From Octopus vulgaris (Eukaryota), in assembly GCA_951406725.2 (NCBI GenBank), contig OX597839.1, forward strand, positions 29,326,001-29,390,000: a DNA stretch of 64,000 nucleotides, read 5' to 3'. The notes below the pieces were generated by a model. That model was not told the DNA's origin and ran no database searches. It saw only the letters and a program-made list of their open reading frames with translations. This document shows positions 1-10,575 of this stretch, piece after piece. How positions within the stretch are numbered: position 1 is the stretch's first letter; each line of letters opens with the position of its first letter. The translations under genes were made by a program, and so were the position numbers.

Positions 1-255
1 TCTTCGTGGATGTTTGTACGAGCGAGTGTATGCGTGCCATACAACCGAAGCGAGGGCGTTTACACATCCATATCTGTTAACGGTCATCTTTAATACTTTC
101 TTTCGCTGTTTTGTGTTTAAGTTTCTTTTGGCATCTGTTATTTATTATTGATCTTCTATAAAAATGAAGCTGTATCCCTTAATTTGTTGCTTTTCTATAC
201 ACAAACTGAGGAAATATTTTGTGAAACAGTAGTTATTTTAATGAGATACATCTTG

Positions 256-363
256 TAATCACCTGAAGAGGCACAGCTACCGACGGATATTCCGAATCCA
301 GCCGTTAAGTATCCCACTCGTGAGAGACCGATGCTAGATGGGTCGAAACAATTGTAGTGATTA
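256..363 (+). ncRNA. Type I hammerhead ribozyme motif with expanded helix II domain (Penelope-like element end)
   Basis: Helix I TAATCAC(256-262)/GTGATTA(357-363); core CTGAAGA 263-269; helix II closed by GGC/GTC around ~70 nt; GAAA 345-348; palindromic helix III ACAATTGT; cleavage triplet GTA (354-356). Followed by (CA)n/(TA)n. Confidence 0.75.
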
Positions 364-405
364 ATAAGCATTTTTGCATCCTCTATCTTCCATCTCTCTC
401 ATAAA

Positions 406-468
<63 letters not shown>

Positions 469-1185
469 ACTCACGAAAAATTAATTTACGAAGGTGTCTT
501 TAATTCTATTATTATCCAATGTAACTATTTTTGGTGAATTAATAAGAGTTTTGACTGTTATTTCAAGCAGGTAAACATACTTACTATGTCCTTTGATTAA
601 TTTATATATATATATATATATATATATAGGTTATGAGAGGTAATGGTGTCAGTGAGACCCAAAGGTGTCAGGTGATGCTGAATATCTGCTATAGATAGAC
701 CATAGTTAAATTCCAGGTTCGGTGATTATGCGAATAAGAAAATGTCCTAATCTACACAGCCTTGATCTTTTATCTCATTACGGAAAAAAATTATATATAT
801 ATATATATATATATAATAATGAAGGGTGAAATTAATTAATTTGGAATAATTATCAATAACACCAAGTAGTCTTCGGCATGTAAAAGCCTCATTCGAGGAA
901 AATTTAAGTAATACTAAGCAATAAAGGGTTTGACAACGATAATTATTCCAAATTAATTAATTTCACCCTTCATTATTACGGATAACCATATTTTATCTCA
1001 GTAGATGACCACAGCATCTTGTTTTGGCTACACGCGGGTGGGAAGGGGCTGGTGACACAATCTCTTCATTCACACATTGAATTTGGTGATACTAGTTGCG
1101 GATTCTAGCTCGCTCTGATACTGAGTTGAGTTGATGCCTTCTAGTATCTCAAAATTCAATATATAATCATTTATGATTATAGTAT

Positions 1186-1286
1186 TCTACGCTGAAGAGA
1201 AAAGAAGTTCTTGGTAAGATAGAATTATTTAATATTTAATTCTTATGCTTTCCTAAGAACTTGATTTCGAAACGTACGTCCGTAGA
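1186..1286 (+). ncRNA. Type I hammerhead ribozyme, copy 1
   Basis: Helix I TCTACG/CGTAGA; CTGAAGA 1192-1198; long helix II (GAAA/TTTC, AAGTTCTTGG/CTAAGAACTT, AGAATTA/TAATTCT); GAAA 1269-1272; palindromic helix III ACGTACGT; GTC cleavage after C1280. Confidence 0.85.
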
Positions 1287-1779
1287 TAACTTAAAATTGT
1301 ATGATAGATTGCCGTCAATTCATTCCCTCTTACCTGTTTGTGTCTGCCTTCCAATTGCTGTTTTTACTGAGATCTCCCTTTTTAGTAGAAGAAATAGCTA
1401 TAACTCTTTGACTGCTATTTCTAAATTCGGTATGTGGTAAGGCAATTCGTTGTCAAACCCTTTATTGCTTAGTATTACTTAAATTTTCCTCGAATGAGGC
1501 TTTTACATGCCGAAGACTACTTGGTGTTATTGATAATTATTCCAAATTAATTAATTTCACCCTTCATTATTACGGATAACCATATTTTATCTCAGTAGAT
1601 GACCACAGCATCTTGTTTTGGCTACACGCGGGTGGGAAGGGGCTGGTGACACAATCTCTTCATTCACACATTGAATTTGGTGATACTAGTTGCGGATTCT
1701 AGCTCGCTCTGATACTGAGTTGAGTTGATGCCTTCTAGTATCTCAAAATTCAATATATAATCATTTATGATTATAGTAT

Positions 1780-1880
1780 TCTACGCTGAAGAGAAAAGAA
1801 GTTCTTGGTAAGATAGAATTATTTAATATTTAATTCTTATGCTTTCCTAAGAACTTGATTTCGAAACGTACGTCCGTAGA
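1780..1880 (+). ncRNA. Type I hammerhead ribozyme, copy 2
   Basis: Same sequence as 1186-1286; predicted cleavage after C1874. Confidence 0.85.
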
Positions 1881-2114
1881 TAACTTAAAATTGTATGATA
1901 GATTGCCGTCAATTCATTCCCTCTTACCTGTTTGTGTCTGCCTTCCAATTGCTGTTTTTACTGAGATCTCCTTTTTAGTAGAAGAAATAGCTATAACTCT
2001 TTGACTGCTATTTCTAAATTCGGTATGTGGTAAGGCAATTCGTTGTCAAACCCTTTATTGCTATATATATATATATATATATATACACACCCCACATATA
2101 TATGTATAAATCTA

Positions 2115-2335
2115 CGTGTGGGTGTTTGTGTGTTTGTTCTCCATCACCGCTTGACAACCAGTGTTACTTTGTTTACGGCCCCGGAACTTAGCAATTTACC
2201 AAAAGAACCCGATAGAATAAGTACTAGGCTTAAAGAAACATAATTAGTACCGGGTTCGATTTATTCGACTAAAATTCTTTAAAACGGTGCCCCAGCATGG
2301 CCACATTCCAATGATTGAAACAAGTAAATGATAAA
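2115..2335 (+). mobile_element. SINE family B, 3' half
   Basis: Matches the 3' half of full copies at 51032-51430 and 52971-53337 (cgcttgacaacc...gatagaataagtactaggctt...cagcatggcc...gaaacaagtaaa). Confidence 0.8.
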
Positions 2336-2339
2336 CGAG

Positions 2340-3150
2340 TCCGAAACTTTTTCTTTTGGTTTCATTTTCACAATTAAAATTGGCTCAAATCATATCAAAC
2401 TCTTCACTGATAGGAAAGTGCTTTTTCGGATGCTCTCACAAGATGCTCTCACCCTTCTGCATGGACCGAAGATTCTCTTAACCCAGTCGTAGAATTCATA
2501 CATCTTGTTCTCGTCTGCAAAACGTTGAATTTATTCTGCCTTTCGAAACCACCAATTGCTTTGAGCATTTCTGATGACACGATGAGCGGTGGCACAAGCA
2601 TCCTTCTATTTTTGGTGCAGGGTTGCAGAACCCGGGTTGGCTAGAAACTACATCGTAGAGGAAAGGGCTGTGATTTTCGGATTAGAGTCAGGCGAAGGAG
2701 AGATCTGATCATTCAACGGAAAGTATTGATCACCCCTCATAGTATGGGTGATCAATACATTCCTATAATCTCTTTGTCGAACAATCACATAGTCAAGAAG
2801 GTGCCAAGATTTGGATCGAGAATGCATCCAGGAGACCTGTGGATTGTTTGGAGCTGGAAGACTGTGTTAGTAATGACCAGCCCATGCTGGGAACAGAGAG
2901 TTGGGAGATGAAGGTCATTGGCATTCATTTTCCCAACACCATGATGATCAATAAAGCCGGTCCGGATGAGATGACATTTACTGATCCTGGCATTGAAATC
3001 TCTGAGCAGAATGATCTCATCAGAGTTGGATATCCTTCGGGTGACGTTGTCCAGGGATATGTAGAACCTGTCCTTGGCTTTTTCAGGAGTGTCCAAGGTG
3101 GGCGTATGGGCACTGATGAGTGTGGCAAATTTAGAATTCTTCATATTTTC
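2340..3150 (-). mobile_element. RTE-clade LINE relic (APE endonuclease and linker), frameshifted
   Basis: ATLISAHTPTL..KDRFY...IILLRDFNARI...HGVGKMNAND..LCSQHGLVITNTVF, then after a frameshift WMHSRSKSWHLLDYVIV: RTE endonuclease motifs. Confidence 0.85.
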
Positions 3151-3182
3151 GGAAATTCGGTTCAATATTAGCTAACATATTA

Positions 3183-3400
3183 GGGCGGCGAGCGGGCAGA
3201 ATCGTTAGCATGCCGGACGAAATGCTTAGTGGCATTTCGTCCGTCTTTACGTTCTGAGTTCAAATGGCACTAGGGTCGACTTTGCCTTTCATCCTTTCGG
3301 GATCGATAAAATAAGTACCAGTTTAGTACTGGGGCCAATGTAATCAACTTACCACCCTTCCCTAAAGCTGCTGACCGTATGCCAAAATTTGCGGCCAATA
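3183..3400 (+). mobile_element. SINE family A (tRNA-like head plus Meta/MESC-like central domain)
   Basis: ggcggcgagc..gcagaatcgttagca (A box), ctgagttcaaat (B box), gcctttcatcctttcgggatcgataaaataagtaccag; more than 20 related copies in the window. Confidence 0.85.
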
Positions 3401-3916
3401 CCAGCCAACATATCAACCATTCTTATGCGAATTGTGTTATCAAACAAAAGAAATTTTCGTAACCACTCGGCCAGCATCATCTCCGTTATCACCGAAATAA
3501 TGATAAAAAAGAAAATGACCAAACAATGAAGCTGGTGGCAGACTGAATCAATTTTCTCCGGCTATTATTTGTGGTTTTGTCTGTTAAATAATCAATTCAA
3601 CCATTTGGTTAGATACGATCTGTATCTTATCTCAAACTGTCAGTCGTTTTACGAAATATGATCTTCGACATTTCTGCTAATCCAAATGTTGTCTTTCAAA
3701 ACCATTGAACTCCTTCTTTGTAAGATGCTCATCTTTCTTTTCTTTTCTCTTTTTTCCTTCCCCCTTTTTTTTCTTCTTTTTTTGACAACATATGTCTTTT
3801 CGTTTTGTTTCAAACCAAATTGGAATTGAAAATCTCGCCATAATTCAAGCACCCTAGGCCCAAGCACGATCTCGTTACCTATCCACGAGAGAACGATTCT
3901 CATAAAAATATTCATC

Positions 3917-4173
3917 AACTGCCGACTCATAGAACAATCCATATACTATTGACTCATATCGCTATGCTTGTACTGTTCGACTCATAGCCAATCGTATACT
4001 CTCGACTCATACAGCTATGTGCCTACTGTCGGCCCATACAAGTATCCGTCTATTGTCTACTCACACATCTATCCGTCTGCCGTCGACTCGTACAGCTGTT
4101 CGTCAAATGCCGACTAATATAGCTGTCCGTCCACTATCAAATCATACAGTTATCTGTGTACTGTCAACTCGTA
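3917..4173. repeat. Degenerate 27-bp minisatellite, ~10 copies
   Basis: gactcata-like core at 3924, 3951, 3979, 4004, 4031, 4058, 4085, 4112, 4139, 4166; by-eye consensus ACTGTCGACTCATACAGCTATCCGTCT. Confidence 0.8.
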
Positions 4174-4177
4174 TGTC

Positions 4178-4366
4178 AGTCATTTGACTGCGGCCATGCT
4201 GGAGCACCGCCTTTAGCCGAGCAAATCGACTCCAGGACTTATTCTTTGGAAGCCTAGTACTTATTCTATCGGTTTCTTTAGCCGAACCGCTAAGTTATGG
4301 GGATGTAAACACACCACCATCGGTTGTCAAGCGATGTTGGGGGGACAAACACAGACACACAAACAT

Positions 4367-4401
<35 letters not shown>

Positions 4402-4523
4402 TATATATATATACACATATATATATATATATATACGACGGGCTTCTTTCAGTTTCCATCTACCAAATCCACTCACAAGGCTTTGGTCGGCCCGGGGCTA
4501 TAGCAGAAGAGACTTGCCCAAGG
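4178..4523 (-). mobile_element. SINE family B (CORE-like domain, internal TA/TG microsatellite), 5'-truncated
   Basis: Reverse complement of the 52971-53337 copy. Confidence 0.85.
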
Positions 4524-4833
4524 GTTCTCTTTCTGAATGAACACTTAACAATTATCGTGTATGCACACGGTGTTCATCGTGTTCAAATGCTTGAAACCAG
4601 TTAACTACTCGGGTCTGTGATGTGAATACCACTTTACTCTTCATTGTGTACAGGGTTTTGTTCGATACCTATTTCCATTACGCAGAAGTATTGATCTAAT
4701 ATCGATCTTTCCCATGTTTCTCCTATCTACCAACAATCTTTTCCCGTCCAATATTTACTAATGTTATCGTTTTTCTTTTTTCTATTTATTTTTATCGTAT
4801 TTATATCTTCTTATAAGTAAAGCAAAAGTAAAA

Positions 4834-5080
4834 TAAAGTTTCTTCCCGCCTCATATAAACTCGTTAAGGGCCGGTTTCCCCGGTTTCAATGGCGCGTATA
4901 TTCCCCACCTGAACGGGACGCCGGTCTGCCACAGAATTACTTATTTTTGCCAGATGAGTGGAGTGGAACAACATGAAATGAAGTGTTTTGGCCAAGAACA
5001 CACCGCGTCGCCTGGTCCAGGACTCGAAACCACAATCTTACAATTACGAGTTCAACACCTTAACCACAAAGATACGCACC
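4834..5080 (-). mobile_element. tRNA-derived SINE, CORE-like body with tail 3
   Basis: Head with B box (ggtttcgagtcc), gtgttcttggccaaaacacttc body; tail ccggcgtcccgttcaggtgggg..gaaaccggccctta is shared with 7980-8278. Confidence 0.7.
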
Positions 5081-5329
5081 ACCGCATATCTGTGTGTGCG
5101 CGCGCGTTTGTGTGTGTGTATGTGTTGTGGGAGAAGGTGGGAGAGGACCATGTCATTTACTTTCTGTAGTTGTACCACCACATCACCAAACAAATCCGTC
5201 TTGCTGCTTCTTATAATCAGTGAATCGATCAATTTCTCATCTTCCGTCCTTCTTGAATTTCTCCGGCACTCTTCCTGTTCATTAGGAAATAAACTTGTTT
5301 TCTTCTAAGTGAGAATAGATATTAGGTAA

Positions 5330-6725
5330 TAACAAGAAAAACCGGTGGGTCTGCAACTCGACACCTGGAGAAACTGGTCGATGCTGTCCAACAGCTTCGT
5401 AGGATGCTGGGCGGACGGACCAGTAAAATTGCTTGGGGTCTGGTTTGGTCCAAATCTCCTGGTAGAAAAAAGTTGGAATGAGCAGATTGGTCAGTCTCAT
5501 CCCGAAATAAGCTGGGAGCAAGCCATCTTTCAAAGGCGGGCTGGGCTGGCAAACATCTACATCATCCCCGTCATCTATTATCAGCTGACGGTTGTGCTTT
5601 GACCCAGTTCACATTTGACTGGACTGGGGTGTCTGCTCTTCTGCTTTATGGAGAAAAAAAAAACTTGTTCCATTGTCCAGGCACCCGATTTGCTGTCAGC
5701 GAACGCTTTGTATAGGGCTGGACATGCCGTGGTTGCTGATGCGTATGTATGCACTGAGACTGCGATACCTCTATGTCGCCGAGGCTGCGCTATCACATGT
5801 GGCAAACATGCGTGATCGGTGTTTTTTAGATGCGTTCTTTCACAGCTTGTCTCTTTGACAGAGCTACAGTTCTGGGTCAAGCAAAGACAACAAGAAGGCA
5901 CCCGACATCTGGAATGTTGCCAAACGCTTACCACTTTCTGTCACTCAGTAGGCGGAAGTGTCACGCTGGTGTTTTATAGTAGACTAACCGGCCCCGTGCC
6001 GTAAAAAATGACGGCTAATTGTAGTATTTTATATATAAATATGGATGGCAAATCAAATCAATACACTTGTCAATGTTCACATACATAAACATACTTCCCT
6101 TGTACACGCACACACATACAAACATATACTCACACAGAGTTGAAACGCTGTTTGATTTTTCTTTTCGGCGCGGAATGTTCACCATCCCACCAGTTTGCCA
6201 TCATCCCTTCCTTCCTTATTCAGCTATCACCCCTTCCTTCCTTATTCATCTATCACCCCTTCCTTTTTCATTCATATGTTGTGACGGAGAAAAACACAAG
6301 AGTATTATTATAGTAGACTAGGGATAAGAAAAAGCGACGATGTTCTGAGGTAAGTCGGGACATCGATGAAAATCAGTTGTCTCATCTGTTCCAGAAAACT
6401 TTCGAGCCGGAGCCCATGGGTCCTTTTCAGAAATATGGTTTGGTTTGCCAGCATTGCCAGTTCGACTTAAACTGAACACGTACAGAAGTGCGTCAGCCAA
6501 GCCCCTGAGTTGCACGCGGAGCAATGAAAGCGTTGCACTGACGCAAGTCCAATGTACATGCTTGGTTAACTTAACGACCAAAGTCAACACCTGCTGTTAT
6601 GTGTGGGACGTATCCGGCTATCAGCGGAATCCATGGCGAAGGAAGTCTCATTGCTTTCATTTGGCCGGGATGGGCAGGGATGGGCAGGCAGTTTTTATCT
6701 GTTGGCCCCCAAAAGTTGTGCTATA
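5330..6725 (+). mobile_element. L1/Tx1-clade LINE ORF2 relic (post-RT region to C-terminal Zn knuckle), split by an insert at 5984-6317
   Basis: VKLLGVWFGP..EKSW, ANIYIIPVIYYQLTVV, GLDMPWLLMR..ALRLRYL, FYSR|LGIRKSDDVL reading across the insert, C..SNESV...VQC, GRIRLSAES; homologous to 24697-24976. Confidence 0.8.
5984..6317 (-). mobile_element. Non-autonomous Helitron-like element inserted in the Tx1 relic
   Basis: Minus strand starts TCTACTATAATAAT and ends with a GCCGT..ACGGC hairpin ~13 nt before the terminal TTAG; removing it restores the Tx1 frame; interior resembles 25480-25680. Confidence 0.6.
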
Positions 6726-6766
6726 GACGCAACTGAAGACACACACACACACACACATACACACAA

Positions 6767-6815
<49 letters not shown>

Positions 6816-7261
6816 TATACACGTATATATGTATTGTATGCAAAACTCATGTACATATTATGTGTCTTTGTATATGTATATATTTGTATATGTATATAGT
6901 TGTTACTTTTGTCGTTTCGGTGGCCATAATTGTCCAATCGTGGTTCTTTTTGATTCTACCTTCTTTGGTGTTTTTCATATTGCTGCTGCTGCTGTTGTTG
7001 TTGCTATTTCTGTTCTTGTTGTTGTTGTTGTCGTGGGCTTGTCTATTGCTGCTGCCGTGATTGTTGTCGTTGTAGTGTTGATGGTGGTGGTCGTTAGTCG
7101 CCCTGTCGACTGGTTTAAGTCGCTGGCCGCACCTTCATCGGTGTTGTTCGGCCAGATAATCGTGTCTTTAATAACAGTAAAAAAATCGTATCACATCACA
7201 CATATATCTTTCTATAAATATATATATGCATATACATACATACATACATACATATATATAC

Positions 7262-7296
<35 letters not shown>

Positions 7297-7312
7297 TATA
7301 TACATACAGACA

Positions 7313-7351
<39 letters not shown>

Positions 7352-7724
7352 TCGGCCATATCGGATTATGTGTATAAATCTTGGGTGTTGGCAAAGCATA
7401 AACTATATTGCAGTTATTTCTCCACCTCCTTCTTACGAGAGCTCGACTAAGCGTATTTGTGTGTATACATGCAGTTGTAGGTATATATATATCAAGGTGT
7501 GTATGTGTGTGTATTTTTGTGTGCACATATTTATGTATGTGTGTGTGAGAGAGAGAGAGAGAGTGAGAGTGCGTATGCGTTAATTAACTACTGATTACTT
7601 AGTACTGTTGTTCATTTGTCCTTGATGTTTCTTATCCTCTCTGTTATTTCGCCGCTCTTTTTATTGAGACAGCTTCTACTTTTTTATTTATACGCTTTAA
7701 ACCAGTGATAACCTTTATTTTTAG

Positions 7725-7960
7725 CTCCTCCCGAGGCACATGAGGCGTCGGGTGATGCAGATGGTCACCTTTGTGGTGCTCTTGGCCTTGAAGATCCGGA
7801 TTGTGTTAAAAGTCATGCATCCTTTCTGTTCTGGTCCGGCCCGGCCCGATTCCGCCGTCGGAGATGCATCAACGCACAGGCCATCTCCTCATCGGCTTTG
7901 GAGGAGTTAGACAGAGTTGTTAACCTGGCACGCCAACCTTGTTTCTTTCTCAACGCAGAC
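7725..7960 (-). mobile_element. Possible 3' end of an RLE-type (Hero-like) LINE
   Basis: Weak peptide SKADEEMACALMHLRRR resembling the Hero C-terminal AAE.AS..LW.RR motif, then a short UTR and an A-rich end. Confidence 0.3.
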
Positions 7961-7979
7961 CCAAGATCGGCTGTTGTGC

Positions 7980-8278
7980 AGGCACATGGCCTAGTGGTTA
8001 GAGCAGCGGACTCACGGTCGAGGTATCGCGGGTTCGAATCTCAGACCGGGTAATGTGTGTGTTTATGAGTGAAACACCTAAGCTTCACGCGGCTCCGGCA
8101 GAAGGTAATGGCGAACTTCTGCTGACTCTTTCGCTACAACTTTCTCTCACTCTTTCCTCCTGCATCTTGCAGCTCACCTGCGACGGACCGGCGTCCCGTC
8201 CAGGTGGGGAACCTATACGCCAAGGAAACCGGCCCTTATGAACCAGACGTGGCTCGAGAAGGAACAAAAAAAAAAAAC
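7980..8278 (+). mobile_element. SINE family C head/body with tail 3
   Basis: tggcctagtggttagagc (A box), gggttcgaatctc (B box), gaaacacctaagct body, A-rich end. Confidence 0.8.
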
Positions 8279-8358
8279 AGGACCAGCTGTAGGGAATTCT
8301 TAAAGCGGCCACAACAGAAACATTTTTCACGACCAGGAATCTCTGCCCCCACTAGTTT

Positions 8359-8412
8359 TGGTTAGGGTTAGGGTTAGCGTTAGGCTTCAGGTTAAGATTA
8401 AAGTAAGGGTTA
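8359..8412 (+). repeat. Short degenerate (TTAGGG)n-like tract
   Basis: ggttagggttagggttagcgttaggcttcaggttaagattaaagtaagggtta. Confidence 0.6.
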
Positions 8413-8501
8413 TGTCAATTCCATATTGAGTGTCTCTTGTCCCTCATTAGCTTTCGTAGGTTCTCAATTTCATACGGTGCCTTTGGGCTGAAATGTATAA
8501 A

Positions 8502-8540
<39 letters not shown>

Positions 8541-8828
8541 GTCGAAGACGACGTATGAGCGTTCAGTTTTAGCGGAACGACTTGCACAAATTTCGGTTTT
8601 GGATTTGGTTTGCAAGATTCTTTATATGAGTTCGTCTTGACTATTGAAAAGGTTGCAAGACGCAACGAAAATTTTAGGAAAATAAAAAATATGAAATAAG
8701 TGGAAATTTTACTGGTGAGTGTGTTACATTATAAGGCACAAAAAGAAAATGACTCTCCCCAGACACAACAGACCTGCACAAATGATTTATTTATAATGAT
8801 CAAATATTCATGCCGTACATCAGCTCAC

Positions 8829-8864
<36 letters not shown>

Positions 8865-9148
8865 GCTCTCTCTCTCTCGCTCTCGCTCTCTCTCGCTCCA
8901 TCAAATTGAACTTTGTCTGAACAGGTTCACGGTGTACCACGCGTCAGGTGTCGAAATGATTGCAGTTCTCGAGTATAGCCATCGCTTGAAGCATTTCAGA
9001 ATAGGTCTGATGCGTGAGAGCAAGAGGACGACTTTTTAGGCCGACACAAACGTTACGTTCATGATTGCTACGAACATCAGGAACCACTTGTTGGTCATCA
9101 TGCCCTTTCATGCCGATAAGCAAACACTGCCCCATTCAAGGCACGCTG

Positions 9149-9201
9149 TTATGCTGCTGCGTATGGGGCGATCCAAGCCAACTCTCTGGACATGGCTTCT
9201 T
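9149..9201 (-). CDS. Candidate terminal coding exon (speculative model)
   Basis: Acceptor tgtcacag at 9202-9209; reads (E)EAMSRELAWIAPYAAA* in phase with the 9627-9703 exon; unique-sequence island between microsatellites. Confidence 0.2.
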
Positions 9202-9241
9202 CTGTGACATACAGGCATATATACATACATACATACACACA

Positions 9242-9535
9242 ATGATGATGACGACGACTACAACGATGATGATGATGAGTGGTGGCGGCGGAACAGGAGG
9301 AGCATTATGATGATGAGAAGTGGGGGATGAATTTGATGACGACGTAGGCGAAGATGTCGACGACGACGATGATGATGACGGCCATGACGACGGTGGTGGT
9401 GGTTATGATGACGACGACAACGATGACGAAGAGGAGGATGAGGAGGAGGACGTTGATGGCGATGATGACAATGATGACAACAGTGATGATGATGATGATG
9501 ATAACGGTGGTGATGATGATGGTGATGATATGATG
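9242..9535. repeat. (GAT/GAC/GGT)n compound trinucleotide microsatellite
   Basis: Seen directly; explains the poly-D and poly-S ORFs. Confidence 0.9.
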
Positions 9536-9626
9536 GCTACAAACTCGTGTTCGAGTATTACCATTGCCTGTTTGAAAGTCCGACAGATGCGAAGGCTACG
9601 ACCGGCCATTTTGTGACAGGTCTTAC

Positions 9627-9703
9627 CTTTTCCAAGCGATGTCTGTGCTTGGTGGTTTCTTTTATCATGGGAAACGGATGTTGCACAAATCCAATCCCAC
9701 TTT
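9627..9703 (-). CDS. Candidate 77-nt internal exon
   Basis: Acceptor ttgttccatgttcag and strong donor AAG|GTAAGA; two open frames (KWDWICATSVSHDKRNHQAQTSLGK or SGIGFVQHPFPMIKETTKHRHRLEK). Confidence 0.3.
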
Positions 9704-9971
9704 CTGAACATGGAACAACATAAACTCAATCAGAAAAACTAATCTACATCATCGAATATTGTCAGTGTTGCAGGTTTTCTCTCAGAGTTTCCCTTTCCCA
9801 GAGCGATGCTAAGACAACAATAAAGGCGCCTCTCACTCCCAATGGACAAACCGCGCGCCTGACACCAATCCATACATACGTGCACACGTACACATATTGC
9901 TGGATGGCTGTCGACTGCTCATGAGCTCTTCAGCCGTTTAAAGCTATGTCAGGTCGCTCTTGGGCGCTACT

Positions 9972-10112
9972 GATAACATGTAACCCAGTACAACCTGTTG
10001 CATGATCAGGTCGTCGGCGACTAAACTGGCAACCCCATCAAGCTTGCTTGGAGAGTAGGGTTATTGCTGGGCACCCTGCAGGACGAAAAATAAGATCTAT
10101 CAAAGGGCGGAA
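9972..10112 (+). repeat. Unclassified dispersed repeat, second copy inverted at ~45400-45545
   Basis: taacccagtacaacc.gttgcatg..gtcggcgactaaac..caaccccca..cttgcttgg..tct.tcaaagggc is shared by both copies. Confidence 0.7.
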
Positions 10113-10115
10113 CAT

Positions 10116-10186
<71 letters not shown>

Positions 10187-10244
10187 TACATTTGTAAGAC
10201 ATTTCAAAAATTCTCCATGTGAGATTTTTATATGAATAGATGCA

Positions 10245-10445
10245 CTCACCTGGGTGCATGCATCGACAGTTAAACCAGCCCCTTAACTCAACCACATATT
10301 TGCAAACATCGGGAACTCTCTTAACTAAAAAAAATCTGCACCGTCGCATGCTACTGAACCAGTGAGGAATCGATGCTAGATGAGTCGAAACAATTGTAGT
10401 GATTAACAAAAATTCTCGTATCTTCCATTTTCCGTCTATCATTAA
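10245..10445 (+). mobile_element. Decayed relative of the 256-363 HHR-bearing element
   Basis: cgatgctagatgagtcgaaacaattgtagtgattaa (10371-10406) nearly matches 329-364; no intact CUGANGA box upstream. Confidence 0.6.
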
Positions 10446-10575
10446 CAATATACATAACAAACACTGTGAAAGTAACCGTGCTTTACCAGTTAGCCACCAG
10501 GTATAAACCATTTGTTTTATTATCTTATTATATATGTGTATGTATGTATGTATGTATGTATGTATGTATGTATAT

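Larger units (their letters stand above)
815..2062 (+). mobile_element. Non-autonomous Penelope-like/retrozyme-type element: ~1.9 tandem copies of a 594-bp unit plus an inverted 5' segment, inserted in (TA)n
   Basis: 938-1469 repeats at 1532-2062 (offset 594/593; one 1-bp indel seen); 815-939 is the reverse complement of 1447-1571; (TA)n on both sides; one HHR per unit; no ORF. Confidence 0.85.

Noticed and set aside
1488-1520. Second HHR-like motif CGAATGAG-GC..GC-CGAAGAC in the 594-bp unit
   Set aside because: Both core boxes deviate and no helix I/III pairing was found.
3917-4173. CRISPR-like periodicity (also 28041-28150 and 34832-34908)
   Set aside because: Contiguous tandem units without unique spacers; eukaryotic context; no cas genes.
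6603-7583. Long ORFs of YI/HT/CV/VV repeats (likewise 11718-12250, 35197-35939, 46888-47544, 48125-48562, 54021-54691)
   Set aside because: Translations of di-, tri- and tetranucleotide microsatellites in several frames; no coding signal.
9065-9225. Cys-rich + strand ORF (TTCWSSCPF..LLCCCVWGD) suggestive of a toxin-like peptide
   Set aside because: Non-ATG start, upstream stop, runs into a microsatellite, no + strand splice sites identified.
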